A stretch of DNA of 27,265 nucleotides from Minisyncoccota bacterium. Lineage in GTDB: Bacteria > Patescibacteriota > Minisyncoccia > 2-02-FULL-40-12 > GWA2-44-9. Positions 1-7,461 of the stretch are shown piece by piece; the stretch's first letter is position 1; every line of letters starts with the position of its first letter. The notes below the pieces were generated by a model that had not been told where the DNA came from, ran no database searches, and saw nothing but the letters and a program-made list of their open reading frames with translations. The position numbers were made by a program, and so were the translations under genes. The stretch covers positions 1 through 27,265 of the forward strand of contig DASPGX010000008.1 in the NCBI GenBank assembly GCA_035620375.1. The letters run 5' to 3'.

Positions 1-236
1 CGCAGTTCCTGATTGAGAGCATCATCCTGACCGGCGTCGCCGGACTCATCGCCCTGGGCATGTTCAGCCTGGTCATCCTCGCGGCCGGACCCGTCAGCCC
101 CATCCCGCTGTCCCTGGACTGGCGCGTGCTGGGACTTGCGATACTGTTCTCCGCCGTCATCGGCGTCGTGTTCGGCATTCTGCCGGCGCGCCAGGCCGCG
201 AAACTGGACCCGTTGGCCGCGCTCCGCTCGGATTAG
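1..236 (+). CDS. ABC transporter permease, FtsX/MacB family (C-terminal fragment; 5' end outside window)
   Basis: The open frame runs from the window edge to TAG at 234-236. It translates to ...IILTGVAGLIALGMFSLVILAAGPVSPIPLSLDWRVLGLAILFSAVIGVVFGILPARQAAKLDPLAALRSD*, the typical last TM helix and 'ILPA(R/K)xAAKLDPxxALR' tail of FtsX-like permeases. Confidence 0.65.
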   Translation, partial: QFLIESIILTGVAGLIALGMFSLVILAAGPVSPIPLSLDWRVLGLAILFSAVIGVVFGILPARQAAKLDPLAALRSD

Positions 237-252
237 CCCGATGCTTACGGTA

Positions 253-281
253 TTCAACGGCTCATCTCGTGAGCCGTTGAA
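253..281. repeat. 29-bp perfect palindrome, copy 1 of 3 (ttcaacggctca-tctcg-tgagccgttgaa); extends to 14-bp arms at 251-283
   Basis: Read directly from the sequence. It lies 17 nt after the permease stop and abuts the -35 of the downstream promoter. Confidence 0.9.
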
Positions 282-283
282 TA

Positions 284-312
284 TTGACGTAATTGACAAC
301 TTGGGGTATTAT
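284..312 (+). promoter_or_regulatory. sigma70-like promoter: -35 TTGACG (284-289), 17-nt spacer, -10 TATTAT (307-312)
   Basis: Hexamers and spacing were read from the sequence. It sits about 45 nt upstream of the AGGAGG RBS and the ATG at 360. Confidence 0.5.
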
Positions 313-359
313 AGCACCGACCACTTTTTCGCACCTTTTGTGGCAAGGAGGATTGCCGT

Positions 360-770
360 ATGGAATTGACGGTAACGGTGGTGGTGTCGGGCATCATCAT
401 CGGTACGCTCACCGCCGCCCTGGCAAAGGCCCGGTCGCAGAACCGCCAGCTCAGACTCGCGGGACCGCCCCGGAAGTCGTTCCGACTGGATGACCTCATC
501 GCGCTCGGCGGCGTCATCACCAACGGCGAGAAGGGAGCCGTCCTGAACGCCGTTCTCGCCCAGCAGGACATCGAGAACAACATCGGACTGGACTACCAGC
601 GGTTCACCGTGGCGATCGACAAGGTCCAGGAGGACATCGCCGCCGGCATCGAACGCGGCGAGCGCCAGATCGAACAGATCAAGGCGAGGAACGAGGAGAA
701 CCGGCAGCTGGCCGCGGAAAAGCGCGCCGAGGCCGCGCGCATCGCCGCCCTCGTCACCAACGTCTCCTGA
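360..770 (+). CDS. hypothetical membrane-anchored coiled-coil protein (136 aa)
   Basis: It has an AGGAGG RBS 8 nt upstream of the ATG. There is an N-terminal hydrophobic helix (TVTVVVSGIIIGTLTAALA) followed by a Q/E/R/A-rich heptad-like segment. A terminator follows. Confidence 0.55.
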   Translation: MELTVTVVVSGIIIGTLTAALAKARSQNRQLRLAGPPRKSFRLDDLIALGGVITNGEKGAVLNAVLAQQDIENNIGLDYQRFTVAIDKVQEDIAAGIERGERQIEQIKARNEENRQLAAEKRAEAARIAALVTNVS

Positions 771-779
771 CGCATCCCC

Positions 780-810
780 CAAGGGGTGGCTCCGGCCGCC
801 CCTTGTTTGT
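780..810 (+). terminator. rho-independent terminator (CAAGGGG...CCCCTTG stem followed by TTTGT)
   Basis: 7-bp GC-rich stem at 780-786/799-805 with a T-rich tail, 10 nt after the TGA at 768-770. Confidence 0.5.
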
Positions 811-852
811 ATACAGAACCGGCGCCGCATCCCGTGGTATCATGGATGGGCA

Positions 853-1917
853 ATGGCGACCGCCACACTGCTCAAGGGACTCCTGGATGCGGCCATCAAA
901 CAGGATGCGTCCGACTTGCATATCACCGTAGGCCGGCCACCGACCCTGCGCGTTTACGGCGCGCTGGCCCCGCTGGACGGCAAAGAGGCGCTCGGACCCG
1001 CAAGCACGGAGAGCATCATCAGCGAGATGATGACGGCGGACCAGAAAGCGCGCTTTTTGGAAAACCGCCAGCTGGACTTCACGTATTCGCTCGCCAGCCG
1101 CGTACGCTTCAGGGTCAGCGCCTACTTCCAGCAGGGATATTGGGCGGCGTCGTTGCGGCTGGTCCCGGCGGAAGTCCGGACGATTGAGCAACTTAACCTT
1201 CCGCCCGTCCTTCACGACTTCGCCAAGCTTGCACAGGGCTTCGTATTGATGGTGGGGCCGGCGGGACACGGCAAATCCACGACGACGGCGGCGATTCTGG
1301 ACGAAATCAACCAGAGCCGGACTTCACATATCGTCACGATTGAGGACCCGATTGAATACCTCTTCACGCCGGGCAACGGGCTGGTGTCGCAGCGCGAGGT
1401 CGGCGGCGACGTGCATTCCTTCGGCGACGGCCTCAAGACGGTGTTGCGCCAGGATCCGGACGTCATCATGGTCGGCGAGATGCGCGACCCCGAATCCATC
1501 TCGGCCGCGCTGACTGCCGCGGAGACCGGCCACCTCGTATTCTCCACCCTGCATACGAACTCGGCGTCCCAGACCGTGGACCGCATCATTGACTCATTCC
1601 CGGCGGCTCAGCAACCACAGGTCATCGCCCAGCTTGCAACGACGCTCGTCGCCATCGTCTCCGAACGGCTCGTCCCCCGGGCTGACGGCAAGGGACGCAT
1701 CCCCGCGATGGAGGTCATGATTACGAACCCCGCCATCCGGAACCTCATCCGCGAGAAGAAGGTCTTCTCCATTGATTCAGTCATTCAGACCGGCGGCGAC
1801 GAGGGCATGGTGTCGCTCAACAACTCGCTCATGGCGCTCATCAAGAGCAAGGCTATCACGGCCGAGCACGCCGTGCTGTTCTCCAACGACCCGTCGGGCC
1901 TCAAGAAGATGCTCTGA
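853..1917 (+). CDS. pilT: type IV pilus twitching-motility/retraction ATPase PilT
   Basis: Walker A GPAGHGKSTT, VTIEDPIEY, Walker B/Asp box VIMVGEMRD, His box and the PilT signature AIRNLIRE. The length (354 aa) is typical for PilT. An extended -10 TGGTATCAT lies just upstream. Confidence 0.85.
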   Translation: MATATLLKGLLDAAIKQDASDLHITVGRPPTLRVYGALAPLDGKEALGPASTESIISEMMTADQKARFLENRQLDFTYSLASRVRFRVSAYFQQGYWAASLRLVPAEVRTIEQLNLPPVLHDFAKLAQGFVLMVGPAGHGKSTTTAAILDEINQSRTSHIVTIEDPIEYLFTPGNGLVSQREVGGDVHSFGDGLKTVLRQDPDVIMVGEMRDPESISAALTAAETGHLVFSTLHTNSASQTVDRIIDSFPAAQQPQVIAQLATTLVAIVSERLVPRADGKGRIPAMEVMITNPAIRNLIREKKVFSIDSVIQTGGDEGMVSLNNSLMALIKSKAITAEHAVLFSNDPSGLKKML

Positions 1918-1922
1918 CACGC

Positions 1923-2171
1923 TTACCGGTGCGTGCAGCCGGCCCAGCAGCAGGGCCGGCGTTTTCCTTTTTTGAGATCCTCGCGCATACGACGGATATG
2001 GTCGGCCCGCGTCTCGGGTTTCTTGGGTGAGACGACCCAGCAAATCCACTCGTTGCGCGCCAGCGGCGTGATGTCCTCCCAGGCCTCCTGAACAGCGCCA
2101 TCGGCAAGCACAGCCGCGCGCATGTCGGCCGGCACGGCATGCACGACTCCCGATGAAATTCTCCTGGTCAT
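1923..2171 (-). CDS. YdeI/OmpD-associated (OmdA) family small protein
   Basis: 82 aa with the C-terminal motif ...WICWVVSPKKPETRADHIRRMREDL..., characteristic of the OmdA/YdeI C-terminal domain. Its ATG overlaps the stop of the upstream small ORF (ATGA). Its 3' end overlaps the pilT terminator hairpin. Confidence 0.5.
   Translation of the reverse strand: MTRRISSGVVHAVPADMRAAVLADGAVQEAWEDITPLARNEWICWVVSPKKPETRADHIRRMREDLKKGKRRPCCWAGCTHR
1938..1974 (+). terminator. rho-independent terminator after pilT (GCCGGCCC-agcagca-GGGCCGGC + GTTTTCCTTTTTT)
   Basis: 8-bp GC stem, 7-nt loop and a long T-tract, read from the sequence. Confidence 0.8.
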
Positions 2172-2332
2172 ACGCGGCGGCGCTTCCGCGCAATCAGGGC
2201 AGCAAGACGCCAGAGACCGTATCCCACCGCAAGGACACCGAGCAGCTGGCCGCCGGGGCTGTCGTCGTAACCGGCGAACACAAACATCGCGCAGCCAATC
2301 AGCACAAGGAATACCGGAAATATATATTTCAT
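2168..2332 (-). CDS. small two-helix membrane peptide (54 aa), absent from the supplied ORF track
   Basis: The minus-strand ORF reads ATG AAA TAT ATA TTT ... GTA TGA = MKYIFPVFLVLIGCAMFVFAGYDDSPGGQLLGVLAVGYGLWRLAALIARKRRRV. A GGTGA RBS lies 6 nt upstream. The ATGA overlap with the downstream OmdA ORF suggests translational coupling. Confidence 0.4.
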   Translation of the reverse strand: MKYIFPVFLVLIGCAMFVFAGYDDSPGGQLLGVLAVGYGLWRLAALIARKRRRV

Positions 2333-2343
2333 GTCGTCACCGT

Positions 2344-2769
2344 TTACTTGGCGCCATGCCGCTTCTTCATATCATCATACCCCCGTTTGATGAGCCTCTT
2401 AAGCGTGGGAATATGCGCGTCCGCCAAACGGTTCAGGTACAGACACCCGACGCTCGTTTTGTGCTTGCCGAGTTTATTGAGCAACGCCCCGTATTTGGCG
2501 AATCCCGGCATGATGTAAATCGTCAGGTTCTGCTTTCTCGGTGAAAATCCGGTCAGCGGCCAGTTTCCTTTCTGGCTGCTGCGCTCGGACTCATAGTGAT
2601 ACTCGCCGAACCCGACAATGGACGAGCCCCACATCACCGGTTTTTCGCCGGTGACCTCCCGCATGATTTTCAGAAGCTCCTTGGCGTCCTCCCGCCGCGC
2701 CTCGTCGGGCACGCGGCTGAGAAAATCCACGACGCTTCCTTTGTTTTTTGTTGTCTTGAGTTCGGCCAT
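2344..2769 (-). CDS. DUF1801 domain protein (YdhG-like)
   Basis: 141 aa with DFLSRVPDEARREDAKELLKIMREVTGEKPVMWGSSIVGFG..., typical of DUF1801. Together with the downstream peptide and the OmdA ORF it looks like a split YdeI-type (DUF1801+OmdA) architecture. Confidence 0.6.
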   Translation of the reverse strand: MAELKTTKNKGSVVDFLSRVPDEARREDAKELLKIMREVTGEKPVMWGSSIVGFGEYHYESERSSQKGNWPLTGFSPRKQNLTIYIMPGFAKYGALLNKLGKHKTSVGCLYLNRLADAHIPTLKRLIKRGYDDMKKRHGAK

Positions 2770-2789
2770 AACGTACTTAAAGGTAATTG

Positions 2790-2860
2790 CTGGGGGGCTT
2801 GGATTCGAACCAAGATACCTGCCTCCAAAGGGCAGTGTCCTACCGTTAGACGACCCCCCA
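2790..2860 (-). tRNA. tRNA-Gln (anticodon UUG)
   Basis: A manual cloverleaf was built on the minus strand. Acceptor UGGGGGG/CCCCCCA gives U1-A72 with G73, which is Gln-typical. D-arm is GTCT-AACGGTA-GGAC. Anticodon arm is CTGCC-CTTTGGA-GGCAG with anticodon TTG. T-arm is CTTGG-TTCGAAT-CCAAG. CCA is not encoded. Confidence 0.85.
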
Positions 2861-2919
2861 AATGCGTTTCGTACCCGGAACGCATTTGTCCCGAGCGTAG
2901 CCGAGGGGCTACAAAAAAT

Positions 2920-2948
2920 ATTATACCAGGATTTTTAGACTCCCTCAA
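2920..2948 (-). promoter_or_regulatory. tRNA-Gln promoter: -35 TTGAGG (2948->2943), 17-nt spacer, extended -10 TGGTATAAT (2928->2920)
   Basis: Read on the minus strand. The -35 overlaps the last codons and stop of dnaX. The roughly 50-nt leader contains an 8-bp hairpin (AATGCGTT/AACGCATT, 2861-2888). Confidence 0.55.
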
Positions 2949-3984
2949 TTGGCTCCGTCAGATCCACGACCGCGAGCTCCAGCGGCAGGTACGGCAGAGG
3001 CGAGGTGCGCAGTTCCTGCCGTGCACGGATGAACGCCTGGATGGTTCGCACGAGGAACTTGCCGTCCAGGCTCTTCGTTTCCGGCGCATCGTTCACCTTT
3101 GCCATCAGCAGTTCCCGCAGGTGTTCAAGCACTCCTTTGCAGTAATGGTCCGCGTCCGCGCCCGAGTCGTGCACTTTGGTCAGATGCGTCAGTGCGCCCG
3201 CACGGTCGCCTGCGAACAGGCGGGACGCGAGCTCCTGATGCCAGGTCGCCGGCACCAGCCCGAGCAGGGCGACGACCGCGTTCGTGTCCACCGCGCGTCC
3301 GCCTTCCGTCAGCACGCGCGACAGCATCACCTCCGCGTCGCGGAGCGCGCCGTCCGCGGACTTGGCGATGGTCAGCAGCGCCTCGGGCGCCACGGAAACC
3401 TTCTCCGCCTTGGCGATGGTGCCGAGTTTTTCGGCAATCTGCTCCGGCGTCAGCCGCCGCACGTCAAAGCGCTGGACCCGCGACAGCACTGTCGGCAGAA
3501 TCTTATGCGCCTCCGTAGTCGCGAGCAGGAACATCACGTGCGCAGGGGGCTCCTCCAACACCTTCAACAGCGCGTTGAACGCGTCCTTGGTGAGCATGTG
3601 CACCTCGTCCACGATGAACACCTTGTGCGCGCCGCCCGCGGCCGCGGTTCCGGCGGACTCCTTGAGCGCCCGAACGTCGTCAATGCCGCGGTTGGACGCG
3701 GCGTCAATCTCCACCAGATCCATGGAACGGCCCTCGTTCATGGCCGCACAGCTTTCGCACCTGTTGCACGGGTCCTGCGTTTTGCCGCGGTTCGTGCAGT
3801 TGACCGCCTTCGCCATGATGCGCGCGAGCGTCGTTTTTCCGGTCCCGCGCGGGCCGGCGAACAGGTACGCGTGGCCGACGCGGCCGGATGACAACGCGCC
3901 GCGCAGGGTGCGCACGACGTGGTCCTGACCGACGACTTCCGAGAACGATTGCGGGCGATAGCGGCGGTACAGCATCACGCGCAC
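2935..3984 (-). CDS. dnaX: DNA polymerase III subunit gamma/tau (short, 349 aa; domains I-III only)
   Basis: N-terminal YRRYRPQSFSEVVGQDHVV, Walker A GPRGTGKTT, Zn module CTNRGKTQDPCNRCESC, and the DEVHML and SRVQRF sensor motifs. Confidence 0.85.
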   Translation of the reverse strand: MRVMLYRRYRPQSFSEVVGQDHVVRTLRGALSSGRVGHAYLFAGPRGTGKTTLARIMAKAVNCTNRGKTQDPCNRCESCAAMNEGRSMDLVEIDAASNRGIDDVRALKESAGTAAAGGAHKVFIVDEVHMLTKDAFNALLKVLEEPPAHVMFLLATTEAHKILPTVLSRVQRFDVRRLTPEQIAEKLGTIAKAEKVSVAPEALLTIAKSADGALRDAEVMLSRVLTEGGRAVDTNAVVALLGLVPATWHQELASRLFAGDRAGALTHLTKVHDSGADADHYCKGVLEHLRELLMAKVNDAPETKSLDGKFLVRTIQAFIRARQELRTSPLPYLPLELAVVDLTEPIEGV

Positions 3985-3999
3985 TATAGCCGAACCGAC

Positions 4000-4611
4000 C
4001 TACTTATGGAAGACGAACATTTTATAGCCCGCGAAGCTGAAGATAAGCGCGACGGCGGACCCCGCGATGGCGCCGATTCCCGCCCATGCGTTGGCATCCA
4101 GGCCACCCAGAGGACCGACCACGTTCACCACCGCCGATGCGACGCCGACATTCACCACGAGACTGAGGACGGAAACCGCGGCGAACGTCAGGACCTCGCG
4201 GCTCCCTCCGCGGCTGGAACCCGAATCGAACGCCCAGTTCTTGTTCCAAAAATAGCTGTGAGTCATCGCCACGAGGAACGAGAACGTCTTGAACACCGTG
4301 AACCACACTCCGGCGGCGAATCCCGTCACCCCGATGAGCAGATACAGCACGCCGAAGTCCACCGCGGCGTTCGCGAATCCGATGGCGGCGAAGCGCCCGA
4401 ACCGCGTGAAGAATGCCATGAACCGGCCGAGAAAGTATCCCAGTTGGACGCCCGCAAGCCACAGGAACGGTACCAACGGAACCAGTACGAACGGGTCAAC
4501 GCCAAGCGGGAGCGGACGGCCGAGGAACGCCAGGATGCGCCAGCCGATGACGCCGGTCGTGAGGCCGGTTGCAAGTGCGGATACGATGTCGCGCCGGTCG
4601 AGTGTTCTCAT
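4000..4611 (-). CDS. GtrA-family polysaccharide-synthesis membrane protein
   Basis: 203 aa, very hydrophobic, with GtrA-like motifs FTRFGRFAAIGFANAAVDFGVLYLL ... SYFWNKNWAFD. It ends 16 nt upstream of the dnaX start. Confidence 0.6.
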   Translation of the reverse strand: MRTLDRRDIVSALATGLTTGVIGWRILAFLGRPLPLGVDPFVLVPLVPFLWLAGVQLGYFLGRFMAFFTRFGRFAAIGFANAAVDFGVLYLLIGVTGFAAGVWFTVFKTFSFLVAMTHSYFWNKNWAFDSGSSRGGSREVLTFAAVSVLSLVVNVGVASAVVNVVGPLGGLDANAWAGIGAIAGSAVALIFSFAGYKMFVFHK

Positions 4612-4624
4612 GTGCTATGGGATA

Positions 4625-7051
4625 TTACGCCGCCGTTATACCGAACCGTTGCTGGATTTCCGCCTCGATCTCATCGCGCGGGCGGCCGAATTTCAACCGT
4701 GACATCTCCGTCAGCACCTCGCGCATCTCCGGCTTGCCTTTGGCGTAGATGTCCGTGGAGACGAAGCCGTTCGTCGGACGGGCGACGCTTCCGTTCACCA
4801 GCATCGCGATATACGCGTTGAAGTTGTCGATGTTCGCGACGTCCGCCGGCGAGAACACGGGGTCGAACTTCGTTTTGATGACGGGGTTTTCGGCGTCCTC
4901 GGGACTGATGCGGAACACCATCGTCGTACCGACGTTGCCGAACACCGCCGCGGCGATTTTCTCGTCCAGCTGCTTGATAAACTGGTGCGCCATGACGAGA
5001 CACAGCCGGTATTTTCGGGCCTCGGCGAGGATGACGGAAATGCTGTTCGTCGTGAAATTCTGGAACTCGTCCATGTACACGTAATGGTCGGCGAGGTCCT
5101 TCGTCGTGTCCCGCGCGAGCGCCGCACGGCGGAGCTTGCCGATGATGACCATGCCGAGCAGGTTTCCGTTCAGGTCGCCGATTTTCCCCTTGCTCAGATT
5201 CACCACGAGAATCTTCCGGTTCTCAATGACGTCCCTGAAGTCGATGACGCTCCTGGTCTGGTTGATGATGGGCCGCAGAAAGTCGTTGCTCGTGAACGCG
5301 TCGATTTTGCTCGTGATGTATCCGGCGAAGTTCGCCAGCGACTGGTCGCCGGTGGTCTTCGTCGCCTCAAGCTCCCAGAACTGCCGTACAATCTGGTTCG
5401 TCTCGTTGGCCAGCAGGTCGTTCCGGAACGCTTCATCAATGAAGACCCGGCTCATGTCGGCGAGCGTCGGCACGCGCCGGTGGAAGTTGTCCAGAAGCAG
5501 GAACATCGCGTTCTTGAAGTACCGCTCGAACTGCGGGCCGCCGGTCTCCTTGAGGTCGTACAGCTTGTCCATGATTTCAAACAGCTCGTCGATGATGAGC
5601 GTCTTGTCCTGCGGGCTCGCCGGGTCGAATTCGAGCATGTTCAGTCCCATGGGATGCGCGACGTCCGAGGGATTGAAATAGATGACGTCGTCGGCGCGCT
5701 CCTTGGGCACGTACGAAAGCACCTGTTCCGCAAGGGACCCGTGCGGGTCGATGACGGACAGGCCTTCACCGGCGCGCAAATCGTCGTAAATCATCCGGTT
5801 CATCGTCGTGGACTTACCGGTGCCGGTCTGTCCGATGATGTACATGTGCCGCCGGCGGTCCTCGCGGGCCAGCCGCAGGGACGTCTCGCGCCCCTGATAC
5901 CGGTTCACCGCGATTTCAATCCCCTCCTGCGGGATTCCCGGCGGGGGTTCGGCCGTCTTGAATCCGGCGAATTTCACCTTCGGCAGAATGAGCGACGAGA
6001 CCGGGAAATGGTACAGGCTGGTGACCTCCTCGCTGGAAAGCTTCACCGACTGGCCGTGGTTGAACAACCGGAACGCGTATTCAAACACGAGCCGTTCCAG
6101 CGCCTTCCCCTTGAGCTTCACGGCCTTGAACGAATTGAGGTCCGGGGAACCGAACTGGGAGAACGCTCCGATGACATCGTCCAGAATCTGGTCCGCGCGC
6201 GTCTGGTCGCCGCCTGCGGTCAGGATGCGTACGTTGCAGTCAAAGAGCGGACGTGCCGCCTTGCTCTGCAGTGCACGGATGACCTGATTCTCGAATTCCG
6301 TAGCAACTTCGGGCGTCTTGACGACGCCTTTCTCGGACTCCTCCTTTTCCTTCTTCGGGGGATTCTTCGCCAGTTTTATCGCCTTGGCGAACGGATTGCC
6401 CGCCTGCATGTAATGCGCGGTCTCCATCGCAAGCTTGCGGAGGCGCGAATCCGATGACGGCCTGACGGTAATCTGTATGGTCGCGCCCTCGCCTTCTTTG
6501 GCGAGACGGCCGAGCGCCGCGACCAGCGGACCGAGCGGGTCCGATTCCAGCTGGGAATACGACCGGATGGGCAGTATCGGCTCCGCCTTGAGCTTCAGCC
6601 ACGCGCCCGCCGAGGCCCCCTGCGGATTAAAGATGCTGTAATCAGGCGAACGCTCAATCTGCGCGGTCGGGAACAAGCCCTGGACCTGCCGCTCAAACGG
6701 GTCCGCGAACGGGGCGGGCACCGCAACGTAGAAATGGACCTGTTCACCGACGTGATGCACCGACATCTCCATCGCGATATACGGGTCACCGTACATGAAC
6801 CGGTTCCATCCCTTCGCGTGAAGGTTGGCGACCGCGGAATACACCTGCTCCATGACCGCGATGAGCTCCTTGTCGGGCCGCGCCTGTTGGCCCTGGGTCG
6901 TCGCGTACCGCGGAAGCGCGAATAAAAACAACACCATCCGCAGGGAACGTGCGATATTCCCCCGCGACCGTGCCGCGCCGAGAATGATGAGCGCCGTCAC
7001 CACAAGGATGACGAGAACGGCGGCGTATATGACGAGGAAAATCGGAGACAT
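4625..7051 (-). CDS. TraG/TraD/VirD4-family (type IV coupling protein-like) AAA ATPase with N-terminal TM helix and a roughly 370-aa N-terminal domain
   Basis: 808 aa. TM helix at residues about 3-27. Walker A YIIGQTGTGKSTT near residue 400. Walker B VYMDEFQNF. C-terminal T4CP signature EARKYRLCLVMAHQFIKQLDEKIAAAVFGN (R-K-x-G/R ... Q..QL ... G-N). Its start codon directly abuts the stop of the upstream ORF (TAAATG). Confidence 0.65.
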   Translation of the reverse strand: MSPIFLVIYAAVLVILVVTALIILGAARSRGNIARSLRMVLFLFALPRYATTQGQQARPDKELIAVMEQVYSAVANLHAKGWNRFMYGDPYIAMEMSVHHVGEQVHFYVAVPAPFADPFERQVQGLFPTAQIERSPDYSIFNPQGASAGAWLKLKAEPILPIRSYSQLESDPLGPLVAALGRLAKEGEGATIQITVRPSSDSRLRKLAMETAHYMQAGNPFAKAIKLAKNPPKKEKEESEKGVVKTPEVATEFENQVIRALQSKAARPLFDCNVRILTAGGDQTRADQILDDVIGAFSQFGSPDLNSFKAVKLKGKALERLVFEYAFRLFNHGQSVKLSSEEVTSLYHFPVSSLILPKVKFAGFKTAEPPPGIPQEGIEIAVNRYQGRETSLRLAREDRRRHMYIIGQTGTGKSTTMNRMIYDDLRAGEGLSVIDPHGSLAEQVLSYVPKERADDVIYFNPSDVAHPMGLNMLEFDPASPQDKTLIIDELFEIMDKLYDLKETGGPQFERYFKNAMFLLLDNFHRRVPTLADMSRVFIDEAFRNDLLANETNQIVRQFWELEATKTTGDQSLANFAGYITSKIDAFTSNDFLRPIINQTRSVIDFRDVIENRKILVVNLSKGKIGDLNGNLLGMVIIGKLRRAALARDTTKDLADHYVYMDEFQNFTTNSISVILAEARKYRLCLVMAHQFIKQLDEKIAAAVFGNVGTTMVFRISPEDAENPVIKTKFDPVFSPADVANIDNFNAYIAMLVNGSVARPTNGFVSTDIYAKGKPEMREVLTEMSRLKFGRPRDEIEAEIQQRFGITAA

Positions 7052-7442
7052 TTATTCCGCGGGATTGAACTTGCCGCGCTTGGCGAGTTCCGCGACAAGC
7101 TGGTCGCGCAGCAAATCATGGAACGCGTCGATGAGCGCGGCGTTCCCGCTTTTGACCGCCTCGGCGATGGCATCGTCCATGCCCTTGCTGAATGCAATGT
7201 TCACCAGCGTCTGCACCTGCTGGGCAATGGCGGGATCCTGCCAGCTTGCGGTCCCTCCCGACGGCTGGGGCGCAGGTTGGTACGAGGGCATTTTCTGCTG
7301 GATCTTCTCGCCGACTGACCGGTGCACAAGCTCTTCGTCCGAGGGCATCCGCTCGGTCCCTCCCGATTCCAAAGCCTGACGCTTCGCGGCGAGTTCCTGC
7401 TCCAGATCGGCAATCTGCTGCTCCAGTTGCGCGTTCTCCATA
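7052..7442 (-). CDS. hypothetical coiled-coil protein (130 aa), translationally coupled to the T4CP-like ATPase
   Basis: The track ORF 7052..7507 is trimmed to the ATG at 7442 (MENAQLEQQIADLEQELAAKRQ...). A perfect extended -10 TGGTATAAT sits 10 nt upstream of that ATG, so the longer N-terminus would lie inside the promoter. Confidence 0.5.
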
Positions 7443-7452
7443 ATTACCGGAA

Positions 7453-7461
7453 TTATACCAC
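7453..7461 (-). promoter_or_regulatory. extended -10 element TGGTATAAT driving a near-leaderless transcript of the coiled-coil + T4CP operon
   Basis: Minus strand reads gcgTGGTATAATtccggtaattATGGAGAAC. It lies in the divergent intergenic region shared with the + strand glycosyltransferase genes. Confidence 0.5.

Noticed and set aside
2790-2860. Possibility that the tRNA is tRNA-Glu or tRNA-Lys.
   Set aside because: The anticodon loop CTTTGGA places TTG at positions 34-36, and the U1-A72/G73 features match glutamine identity.
2596-3891. 431-aa + strand ORF antisense to dnaX. Others of the same kind include 4985..6457, 13626..15221, 15076..16416, 17800..19107, 19335..21407 and 8242..9324.
   Set aside because: These are Arg/Ala/Gly/Pro-rich, low-complexity translations lying entirely opposite strongly supported genes. 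They are the classic high-GC antisense ORF artefact.
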